From: Trichoplax sp. H2
Taxonomy: Eukaryota
Assembly (NCBI GenBank): GCA_003344405.1
Contig: NOWV01000026.1
Coordinates: 310,001-374,000, forward strand
DNA: 64,000 bases
Direction: 5' to 3'
This document shows, piece by piece, positions 29,701 through 42,200 of the stretch; position 1 is the first letter of the stretch, and every line of letters begins with the position of its first letter. A model generated the notes under the pieces. It did no database searches, was not told the DNA's origin, and worked only from the letters and a program-made list of their open reading frames with translations. Made by a program: the position numbers and the translations under genes.

Positions 29701-32700
29701 TTAAGAGGACAGTGCTTTAGCTTAGCATCGATTCTCATTGACTAAATTATCGTAAACACAATAGAAACTCGACAATTCTCAATTTTGAGAATTGAATTCT
29801 TGTGCGTTGATTGACGATACTTAGACCTTATTAATTTTTGCATGACAATTTCTACAAACTGATAATGCATAACAGAAATTTTTTTAGGAATTTCAGTGAC
29901 TTTACTATAAAACCAGAGAAAGTTTCTATTATTTATACGGTTCACATTTCTTGAATTTTATCTCTTACAGTAGTTAAGAAATGGAGTGAATTGGATGTAA
30001 CGTTGAGAAAAACATTTACTTGTATTACTTAAATACCTTGCATCACTGCAATCATTGCTAAATACCATTACCTTTAATCATTACCTAGCAGCCATATAGC
30101 AAATAGAAGTATGACTAGATAGCACTTAAATTACTCTAAAAAGGTGTAATAGGATTAGTTTTTTCTCTTGTAGACCGGTTCGATTAAAATTTTAACCCAT
30201 TGATTATTTCCTTAAAAATAATATTGGTGCTGGCAGTATACATGATTATATATACATACATTAACGTGCTGAGTGCACTTAGATTTGCTTTTATAATTAT
30301 AATTAATGAACAGTCACTAAAACTAAGTTTTGCATTAACATTGATCGCATTAATTCATATTATGAATCATGATTTTTTGAAATTGTTTGTCATAACAGTA
30401 GAAATTACGTTTCTTGTGTGAAGAAAATGCGACATTGTAGATCTCTTTGGCGGCTGATATTATTGATTTCAATCCACTAAAAACTTAAGCAATACCCTCA
30501 TATTTTCGTATCGCCTCGTGCTAAATTATAAATGTTTCATTATCATTTATTTTATTACGAATGCCACTACTATACTAAATAAGAGTTCAACACTCGGACA
30601 AATACAGTAGAATAATAGAGATAGCTCAGTATGAATAGCGAAATATAATAGAATAACTCTGATGTTGCAGTAGTAATTCAATTTCTCTACTAAAAATGTT
30701 TTATAATTAAATAAAGTAAAGAATAGAAATAGAACTGTCACATATCCGTAATCAATATATTATTAGTACGGAATTATAATTGAAAAGTTTTTTAATTGTT
30801 CCATTTGGTTATTTACCAATTGGCTAATATCTGAATAGCGATAATTTAGTATCATAGTTTTTCCATCTCATCCTGAGGTAGAGAGACGCTCTATTTTCCA
30901 GTCCTAAGATAGGAACGACAGAGTAGATAGATTAGTTGGGTCGCTAGATGGTGTTTCTATAATCTCTTATTATATTTTCACATTGATTTATTGGCGTTAT
31001 TTACAATAAATCTTTAGCCAAAATTTAATGATTACCTGCAAAGTAATGAAAATTAGAATGCAGCTATCTCTCAGTTGCATTAAACTATAGTAATTGAACG
31101 TTCATAATTCTACAAATACTATTTTATGGATAACAGTAGTTTAGTTTCGGTAATTAACAGCTATAATCGTATTAGATTATCTGTCATTATTTTGAACCTT
31201 AAGTAACTCATATCGACACTTATGGTCCATAATTTAATAAATGTACTTTAATTAGCATTAAAAACTGATACTTTTTGTGTTTTATGAAGATAATTCTAGA
31301 CGTGTAAGTCATGACCAATCGATCGATATTTATCTATTTGAGCTTCATATACTTGCATGAGTGCATTTTAACTTTATTCTAAAACATTAGTACCATAACT
31401 CAAACTAGAAATAAACTTGTGGTCACACAGTCACAAGAAATTTTTTGTCATTTAAGAATCTAATCTGTATTACTACTGACACATTTCAATTTTACAAGAT
31501 AATTTTAATTCATTTCCAATGCATCCGATATTCGTTTTAGTATGCTTATGGAAGTCCATAAAATTAATTTAGTAACAACAATTAATGATTACTTTGTATG
31601 GTATCTACGATTTACAAGATATTTGTTGGATGAATTTTTACCGTTTTGTTTGCTATAGTTATTACTTTTTAAGTTACCATAAAGTCCATTATTGGATATG
31701 ATACATCGGTATTACACAAGGGTTATCATTCTTAAAAAATTTTACCTGGTGGTGTTTCACTTTACTTTAAAATCACTTAATAACGTCGCTTTTATTAATC
31801 AATATTAGTAGCAGCATTAGCGGATTACTACATTCAACTCGCGTATGTTCATTTATTTACTATCAAAGAAAAGTTTTATTTTAATTTTCATCTTTTTTGT
31901 AAGAGAGTAGAAAAATTGCGTTTTTAATGTAATGTAATTATTGAAATCATCGATACACAGATAAAGTATGATAAGATCTAATATACTGGTATATGAGACG
32001 CGCAAATTTTGTAGATTGACCGTAACTTGATATAGTACTGAAAATGATGCGTGTAAAATCAAAATTGATCGTTAATCTGGAAAATATTTTAGATAAATAA
32101 AGAAATTAATTAATATCAGCATCTTTATCTTTAAATCAATATATGAAAGTAATTATCAATCTTCAAATATTTTTGAATTTAGTCAGAAAAAATATTTCTC
32201 TAAATGCTGTATTTTAGTTTTAAATTCGTTCGATCTGATAAGGTAGAATTGTTGCGGTAAAATATATGCTTACGAAAGGAGATTGTTCTATTTTTCTATT
32301 CTGTTCAATAAGGAATTTCAACAAATATATGAACAGTTTTTTCCAAGCGGCGACGTTTCAAAATTTGCATCATTTGTCTTTAACGTTTTCGATACGGACA
32401 AGGTAAATTTTTGGCAGAGGTTACTAATGAATTGTTTGCTTGTAAATTTCGGTCGAGTATATAATAAATGACTCTATTAGTAAGCGGATTATCTTTTACT
32501 CCACATCCTAACTTAGGTCAATAAATTACAGCTGACAAATAATTACCGATACTTGCTTACTTTTCCTCAATATAGAAATAGATTCAAACAATGATATACA
32601 AATTCGATGATTTTTACATTGCAACATTTTTAAAAGTAAAAGCTAATAAGTCGAGAGAGAAATTGCTAGTAACTCTGACTGTGTTTAACTATCAGATACT

Positions 32701-34720
32701 TTAACGAAGCGTTGACTAGAGCATAACAAGAAGGCGCCTATGTTAAAGCTTCATATCTGCTGATTAAACTATGGGTCATACCATCAAGTTAAAAACTTCA
32801 TTGACCTTCAGTTTCACATTACTGAAACCAGATATAAACATTGCCACTACTAATTATTTAAAGGAATTTTAAAGTGGTACCATAGATTAGTTTAGGGTTT
32901 TAGTGCTCAGACTACAATTTGGCACATAAAATATATCAGTAGTAATATTTACATATCGTTTTAAAGTTATCAAACGAATATCTGCAGCATAATTTAATTT
33001 TGCGTTAAATAACTATGGATTTCAGTCTAATAATGCAGATAATAACAGAGTAATTTATATACTGGCATTAATGAATAATTATAAGTAATCTAATTCTTGT
33101 AAGAGCACAAACTTTAATTCTATTTAAATAATAAGCGATAGTTTGCTGTAACAGTGTTAAAATGCTGAGTCTCGTTTTGCTTCTTGGACCTGTATCATAA
33201 ATCTGGGCAATAAATATTTGTTTACAAATTATTCTTGTAGAATCATTTTATTACTTTTGCCGAATTTTTAACCGCGTTATCGATAACATCACGCGGAACC
33301 GTCGATGAAAAATTAGATTGTAAGTAAATAGATATTTTTTTTCTTTTTTTATGATACTACTACAGAAATTACAGGAATCGTAATTTTTAAATCATCATGT
33401 AATATAATTTGGCAATACTATTATGTCACATACTATTCGGTTATAACTATGGAAGATTTCAGCACTTAAATACAGTAAAAAAGTTTGTAATGAAAACGTA
33501 AAATTGCAATCGTAATTTCTTGCTAAGAAATCAATCGTATCTGTACAATTTTTCGATAAATTTCCTCTCAAAGGGGCATTTTCCCTATATGATATTGATC
33601 ATGATGGCTTTATAACAAGAGAAGAAATGACTGCTATTATTGACGCTATTTACTGTATGGTGGTGAGCAAATATAATTTAAGCTAATTTCATATGGTATA
33701 AGGGTGCATATTATACAAAAACGATGAATTGATTAATCACTGAAATTTTAAGGAGCGATTACTGTAAAAATAAAAATAAACGATGTCGCTAATTTTATCG
33801 CAAGTTTAAAATTGTAAGGCTTTATGTTTATGAGTAATAGTAGGCCCTCGCTCGTTATACTTTGCGCACTATACGATAGTATCTGTATAAGTATGTACTA
33901 GTATTTTTTACTTTACATCATATACTGTACAGTATAATTAATTAAAGCGTATATATATACAGTGTATGAATAGATAAATTTAGTTATTTTAAACGTGAAA
34001 TAAGTCTATTCTAAGGCATCATGATGCGCTAAACGTTAAAAAGTGATTAAATTGTTATTTTCTTCGATGATTTTGCAGTTAATCAATTAGTAAATGTTAC
34101 TCTTAATTAATTTACAGGGAAGTACAGACGAAATGCCTGCTGATGATAATACGCCCGAAAAGAGAGTTAATCGCATATTTTCGCAAATGGACAAGGTATA
34201 ATTGCTGCTAGATAGTTATTTGTAATGATGAGTTTCTTTTACGTCACTTAGGCTTTAATGATTATAATTACTTTGGTAAGTTTTTAGTTAATATCTATAG
34301 TAGATTTACGCGTATTAATAGTAAGAGTTTTAATTTATATCTGATAATTGTTCTGATATCCAAATATGACAAAATAGTAGGTTTATAGATTGTTTTGATT
34401 AGATTTCAAATAATAATGTGCAATATATCATACATCCCATATACTTTACCTGATTTATATATTTGCCTAATTTATGTATAACATATAAGTTATAGCTTGC
34501 TTTAAGTTAATGAATACTGATTAGATTTTGCCTATTTTCTTATAGTTTCTAAGGATACTAGTACTACATAAACTAATCAATTAAATTAATGAACACATAA
34601 ATGAATTAGGATAATGATGGAAGAATTTCACGTGATGAATTTGCTACCGGTGCAAAGCAAGACTCTTGGGTGGTTAAGGTTTTATCGTTAGATAAAGATG
34701 ATCAAGCGGATTGCGATTAA
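26731..34720 (+). CDS. NCS1-like neuronal calcium sensor paralog, 198 aa
   Basis: Exons 26731-26806, 27776-27800, 28240-28288, 32313-32402, 33241-33319, 33574-33662, 34118-34195 and 34610-34720 total 597 nt, all GT-AG. Protein [45 protein letters not shown]...[12 protein letters not shown]...[12 protein letters not shown]...DKDDQADCD. Confidence 0.95.
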
Positions 34721-36151
34721 TTGTAGTAGTCCAAGCAACAATTACTTTTGATATTATTTATACCACCTGTACAGGATATTGAACGCTGAATGATTAAAGT
34801 CTAATTGGAAAGTCCGCCACATAATTTACTTATATTACAGTATAGGTAGCAGCAAACTGACGAAGCCTAAATTAATTATAAGCGAACGCTGTTTAATGTC
34901 TATCCATAGATCACTTAGTAATTATTTGATATAGTCATATACTCGTACCTTATCTTAAATAATTGTCATACATTGAATTTCGTCAATCCAATATACAGTA
35001 TACAAGATAAGCCATCATTCCTGTAGACGTTAAAAGAATTGCTTAACCCTTTTCCAAAAAATTATATGACTGTATCAGAAATCTGTGACCAAGAATTAAT
35101 GTTGCTGTGCATGTGCTTCTATATGCCTTAATTTCAATATTTATTCATGTTATTGTGTGAGGATATTATAGCAATACTTACTGTGTTATTCTGAAATATT
35201 AAGCTATCGAGCTTAAGGTCAACTTTACCGCATATACGTACCAACATACTCGTACGTATTTAGCTATATGCGTACCCCTAATACATATCACTGTATTCGT
35301 TATTCAGTGAAATAAAATGAACCGGCTTTATTGCTTCAATAACCCAAAATTAATGAAAATTGGTTGAAGTGCTAGCAATTATAGCAATATTCGATGTATT
35401 AACAATATGGATGGATAAACATCCATAGTTTCTCTTTAAATCTGATAATACTTTTATAGCAATACAAAGGGAATCATAATATGACGTCACGAATCACTGC
35501 TTTCATAAAAGTTGAATACGATCATGAATAAGTTTTCAGACTTTATTGGAAAATGCTGATTTTATCTACTTTAATTAAGATATAAAAAGTATTGTTGTCA
35601 AGTTACCGTATCATACTAAAATTTCTGTAGATCCTTCCATTATTTTACGTGGCTCCATGATTTAATCGTGCAGTAGTCTTTAAGGGAGATTGATAGAAGT
35701 GTAGAAGCAACCAAATAATTAAAATTACAATATTGTTTTTAACTGATCTTTAATAAGAATATCAAACCATTGTTATGGGATATTTGCATTGAGATTAATA
35801 TCCTGTGGGAAAACCTTACTTTGATTAAGAAAAAGCACAGTAGTTTGAGATTTACTAGCAATTTTCCTTAAAAATATAGCAGTTATGATATGTACATATC
35901 CAGAAATGCTCAAAACAACTATACTAATATCATTGGGCATTGTGCTTTGCTAAGTTAAAAGGTAACGTAGTTCAATTTATATAGAAATCCAATACGGAAC
36001 TAGTTCTCAATTACGGTTTATGATGCTAGTACTTAATTCGGGCACTATTCAGTAGTTGCGTTAGTAGTATATGAAAACAAATTTGACGAATTAGTATTAG
36101 TTTCTAGCATAGAGAGACCGCTAACATGGCATTTACTATACTAAAAAGGTA

Positions 36152-38136
36152 TCACATACGTAATGTATCAACTGAATTATTGCCAAAAGTTCCTCCAATT
36201 CGATACTTCATTCCTAATATTAAAAACGTTTAGATAGATGTTAATTTGATACTTATTGAGCGCTGCTCTATGCTAGATAAATAAATCAAGGAATTAAATG
36301 TTCAGTCTTGCAATAGATGGTTTAAATTATGATTTTACAATATATTAGAGCTGCTAGTTTATAGATTACCTGGAACATGACCAGTATAGTGTGGCATAAT
36401 GCCAGAAGTTTTTGGAAAGATAACTCTCCCATCTCTAGCGCTTTTAATTTGCCTTGTTACTGTGATTGGTTTATGAGCCTCTGCGCTGCGCACTCGAGAT
36501 TCGGTATGGAATTGCTTGGTTGCCACATGAGATGAAATCGGATATGATAGACCAATTATTTCCTTCTGACGAGGCACATAACCAGTATAGCCTGATTTAT
36601 GGAATTTGTTGGGATCATCATCATCCATGTAACTAATTGGAACGGTTTTAGCGATAGACTTGCTAGTTAGCTTAATCGAGATTGCTTCGATGGAATTTTG
36701 TAATTCTTTCTCTTTTACTGCAGTTAGACGCAGCTTAGGATGACGTTTTTGATTAACTTGGCCTAATGTATAGTTGCTTCTCAGTGACTGCGTTTGTTCT
36801 ATATCGAAATCTGCGATCGCACTATCGCAAGCAGTAGCATATCGTGCACCAAACTGTTTTTGTGACCTGGGCACAAATCCTAATACGAATAAAGTATGAA
36901 CGATTACAGATTATTTTTACTTTTAACCGATAAATAAGATAACGGTCTTGTTGTGTTGATAAATTTCTAGCAACTATAACAAACCTGAATATCCTGGTAT
37001 CATATGATGAACATATTTTTGATTGCCGAAGCTTTGTTGTCTAGAGTTCACTATCTTCATAGCCTTAATTTCTTGAGATGTGGTCCAGCCGGTTGCTGTT
37101 TTTGTTACTTCTTCATTTGGTAGAGTATTTGTCAAAACTCCTTGCTGGGATCGGTTGATCTTTGGGCTGGTTAAAATTTCATGTGTTGAAGCTCCATATG
37201 TCCTGCCGATTTCATATTTAAATTGCGGACAGTAGCCACTATAACTGTTCAACAGTGATAGATCATATTATATTTGTTAGAATATTGAAGTAATCGTTCC
37301 TATGTTTGAAAGCAATATTGGATAGTATAAAATTGTAACTTAATATTTTCTGTTGAACTCTTATTTGTGTTTATTGAGAACATATTTGAAGTCATAACGA
37401 TGATAAAAGAGACTTTATAGTAGTTCACCGTATGTTGCTAGACAGCTGTGATATTGTCTAAAAATTGTAAATATCTAGTATTTTACTTTAATTAAACGTT
37501 ATGCTATCTTGGAATCGAGTAAGCATCAAACAGTACGGTATAACTGAGCCAAGACAAGTATAGCATTGAACGGTTAATACTAACTAAAATACGCCCAGAA
37601 TACTTATCAAAGCTACTGATATAACATTTTCAATTTTAGTCAAGTTTTATTCCATAATTAGTTGATGTATACTATACTAACATAATGCAATTAAAAGATA
37701 TCCACGTCGAAGGATACGTAGATCGATTAATTAGTTGCTTATATCTTGTGAATTACTATTCGTATTTATTTTTCATGAAATTTAAGATCGGAAAAGAAAT
37801 ACATTTGGAATGTTTTTTTTTATATAGTTAATTTGGTGATAATTCTAGACCGTAGTTGTTGTAAACGTGTCAGTAAAAATGTGCCGAACTGATTAAAATC
37901 TGATTACGATTTAATCAAGATCCACGTAAAGGACTCTCTTCAATTAAACTTTTTTTTTCAGTTTACTCCTTAAAATGTCCTGTTGCCTTATATCACGATT
38001 AAGCAAATATCTAAGAATACTCTACACTTTTACTTCTAAATTAAAAATAAGATTAGCTTTTAAACTATTTCGTAAATGTTCATATTTACCCTGGGGTGTA
38101 GTAAGGTTCCGCGGTTGTTAGCTTTAATCTTCCCAT
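36152..38136 (-). CDS. FAM166/CIMIP2-family ciliary microtubule inner protein, about 292 aa
   Basis: Exons 38136-38090, 37244-36985, 36879-36370 and 36213-36152. Repeated PGY-type motifs: YTPGYSGYCPQFKYEIGRTYG, MIPGYSGFVP, SGYTGYVP, MPHYTGHVPGMKYRIGGTFG. Confidence 0.88.
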
Positions 38137-38301
38137 GTTGAACTTGTGTTTCTTAGCGTTTTATTGGAAATTAGAATTTTATTCACAAATACATTCTCAA
38201 CTTAGTTAAGCATTGAACGATGATGCACAGATAGTAAAATGAAAGTTTTGCCTATTAAAACACTATCTGTATCGATTACGACGATTCAGATTGTGGCGTC
38301 C

Positions 38302-38315
38302 GTTTCCATGGTAAC
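38302..38315. promoter_or_regulatory. RFX X-box upstream of the FAM166/CIMIP2 gene
   Basis: GTTTCCATGGTAAC matches the X-box pattern GTYNCY-AT-RGNAAC and lies about 165 bp upstream of the ATG of a ciliary gene. Confidence 0.75.
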
Positions 38316-38324
38316 TCGGGCAAG

Positions 38325-39125
38325 TGTACGTACTGTACTGTACAGTACATTGCTAAAGTGTGTTATACTGTACTGTACGGTACAATATAGTGCAGTACTG
38401 TACTAGACTGTAGCTCTAGTAATTGATGGCTAGACCAGCGAATTAGATATCTCTTGCTTTAAGTATATCACGGTATGGAGAATTTTTTTGGCTTTGCTGG
38501 CGTCTAGGGCCAGGCTACAGAGGTGGAAAGAAGACTAATAATGAATTACTCCTCTAAAGCAAACATTCATTGGCATTCGTAATAGCAGAAAAGCACACCA
38601 ACAGTAGAAATAATCCTTGGTAGAACCGTAGGTATTTTTAGCTCTTCTTACAATCAATTCTGACTCTGCTCACTTACATTATCTGATTTCTTAGACCCGT
38701 TTACTCACTCTACAGTCTACAGTGTTCGCACCGTCATACTGTACTGTACTGTACACTGTACAGTACTGTACTGTATAACATTAATTCAAAATATTACAGA
38801 ACAGTACTGTACTGTACTGTATATTATCAATAACGCTGATCCGTGGTACAGAAACAGTACACTCATTAACTTGAATACAAAAAGAGAGACCTACACAGTA
38901 CTGTACAGTACTGTACAATGCCTACAATACAACATACTGTAGAGTACAGTGTATATACTGTACTATCTCCCTCTACTGTACCTCTATACTGTACAGTGTA
39001 CTGTACTGTAACTACAGTACAATACTCTATACGATACACTGTACACTGTACAGTACTGTACTGTACTGTGCAGTACAGTACTGTACTGTACTGTGCAGTA
39101 CAGTACCGTAATGTACGGTACTGTA
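38325..39125. repeat. CAGTA/TACTG arrays at the divergent FAM166/SCYL3 promoter
   Basis: Dense tactgtactgtacagtac runs at 38325-38415, 38735-38820 and 38895-39125. Confidence 0.9.
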
Positions 39126-39227
39126 ATCACTCTTAAATAATATCTTCTTCAATAATGCAATGTCGAGATTCACCACCTCAAGGAAAATTTTCAATTAGCT
39201 ACAAGTGCTTCAACCTAATGACAGCAT

Positions 39228-42200
39228 ATGGGAGCCGAAAATAGCATTTTAGATTCTTATAAACTATCAGAACCATTGATCAAGCAAAAAAATAACGGTC
39301 AGCCATGGACAATTCGACCTGCACTGAATGATAAAGGCATCAAAGTTGCCGTATTTACACACGATCTTTCGCTTGGATCCAGCAAGCCGCAAAACGGAAT
39401 AGAAAATGCTACTAAGGTATTATATAGGTTTAAAGCAAATTGACACTAATTCCGAATAACTTCGATCATATTGATTGACAACATTTTCTTCATTCAATTA
39501 AATATACCAGTAATTACAGGTTTATAAGTAATTGACGTGAATCGTATATGCGTTGTTTCAACATGGTTCTCGGTTTTGTAACTCTCACCATCTCAGGATC
39601 TTATTTAGTAGTAGGAGAGCAAAAAACTAAGAACCTTGCTGTAACTTTGAGTTCGTCCATAATAAAGGCATACTTAGATTGATTGCTTGCTGATTTGTTC
39701 TACAAGTTGATATGATGACTAATAAACGTGTGATCATGCACTATTGAAGTTGTATTTGCTGTCAGAGGCCTGAAGCTGTATAGCAAATTGATTGCGTGCT
39801 ACATCATTGATCTCTTTCATTTGTCATGATTGCTAACATTAAATTTAAAATTTATTACAAGACATTTCGCTATCATTCTTTTAGCAGGGATTTCTCCATA
39901 AAAAATCCATTTTATATGGACTTTTTCATCGTGAAACCCCTGCTTTTAGTAGTCCCTGTCTGTACTGTACTCATTAGACAGAGTTTGTACTATTGATTGT
40001 ACTGATTGGACAGTGTCATTTATGATGAATGATTGGATTGATTTCGCGACAATTCTAAATATTGCAAGTCGTATGCTAACCGATACTTCATTTGTTAGCA
40101 ACTTAAGCTGCTGCGCCATCCATTCATCCTAAAATATTATGAATCCTATGCCAGCCAAACCGAAATAGCCTTAGTTACAGAATATGTTAAGCCGTTAGAA
40201 CTAGTCGTTGACGAATTTGAGCCCGATGAAATTATTGTAGGACTATATGAAATCGTGCAAGCCTTGTCTTTCCTTCACGATCGAGTAAACTAATCTTCAT
40301 TTTTACTATGTTTGCTTATCAAAAAAATTGATGTTAAGTGTTTATTGCACCTTCCCTTTAAATTATTATATGTATGTACATGTAGGGTCTTACAGCACAT
40401 AATAATATCGCAAAGTCGGCAATATACGTTAGTCAAAGTGATGGATGTTGGAAACTTGGAGGGATGGAATATACGCGATCGTATCGTAACATTAACGCTG
40501 AGGTGAGATACTGTATTTAAGGGTCTTTCAAATGATGCTGCTAATCTAGAAGGTCAAACATAAAGTACCCATTTTTTATTCATCCAGTGTGTTATACGTC
40601 ACTAATTCATATTGCACTGTAGTGATACATTAAAATGAGCCTGCTAAAATAGTACACTTCTTTCAATTTGTATATATATTTATATAGTTCTTACGCCAGA
40701 CAACAAAATACCGTTGCTCAGATGCGATATCACCTGAAGAAAAGGTAATACAGACAAATGTAGGATTTAGTATGCTATTTCGTAACATTTGCAGTCGTAC
40801 GCAAATTAGCATGGTTATTTCACACATTATGTGGGCCTAATAATGTAATTTCTTTTGATAGTCTGGTAAGTTTGATCCATCACTCTCTTCCAGCCAAAGT
40901 CGTGATGTTTACGCGTTTGGTAGGCTAGTCATGTCATTAAAAGAGAAATTTGAAATTGAGAATGGTACGTAATAGCGTATAATTGAAATACATAACAGTT
41001 GCTTGAATTCAAATCGATGTATGGCATACACTGTTCTATTTATCTAGATAATGTATATTTCGACAAAAATTCTTTTCAGATGAAGTAGTACAACGGTTTA
41101 CGAATCGGATATCTGAGCAATGTTTAATCGACGATCCTAAGGTTAAATGAAAATTATAATTTTCTACAGTTGACTTATCAAACTTGGAATGAATTAGTTG
41201 TTACTAAAATGTCTGTACAATGTATAGTTGCGATCGAAATTTGGTCAATTGATGAAAGAAGAAATATTTACGTTAGTATTCAATGTCTGAGATCATTTCT
41301 AGTCCACTGTTGTAATTTTGTTGTTGCTTCTTCTATTTGCTCTTATAGGGAAAATGATTTATTAGATCTTGTTACTTTCTTAAATAATATAACACTTAAA
41401 TCGAATATCGAGAAACAGGAATTCTTTAGGTACTAATTACCTTCATATATCAGCAGAGTGATTACTTATGTAATAGTACAGTTGTATTTATGCAATTAAA
41501 TTTTATTTCCAGATACTTAGCTAAGCGATTGCGACGTTACCGTTCCGCAACCATCGTACGAAGGTTACTGAAAATGTTATTGTCAAGATTTGCCTTAGCG
41601 GAACCGTTTGCTTCGGTTCATTTTTTTCCCCACTTGTTTGCGCCTCGCGAAAGTAGGATAGAATTTGTGATTAGAAAAGTACATCGTCAATTTAAATTTT
41701 TAAAATAACTATTACTTTGCTTAGATCACAATCATAGCAAAGATTTTATTGACGGAAAAATTAATCCGATCATAACTATGGATTTATTTAAGTAATGCTA
41801 TTATTTGTGAATAGATGGTGGCTAAGAATCATGTTTCTATCAGCTGAAAGTTGTATTTCCGATATTTATATTACAGGGAAGAAGTAATTCCGATCATTGT
41901 CAAATTATTTAAAGTTAGGCATAAGCACGTCCGGCTATTAATTTTAGATCGTTTTAATACTTACATCAACTATTTTAACAAACAACAATTACAAAAGGAA
42001 GTTCTTCCCAAGGTTGCTCATTTTCTGCCATAAAATATTAGTAACTATAAAATCTGAATTGTGATGTTCTATTCGTGCTCAGATTCTTCAGGGTTTAAGA
42101 GATATAGATAATGAAATCGTTGCAGCTACATTTAGGGCTATGGCTGACTGTGTCCTTGTGCTTGGAGCTGAAAATGTGGTTGGAACCGCCGACCGAAGAA

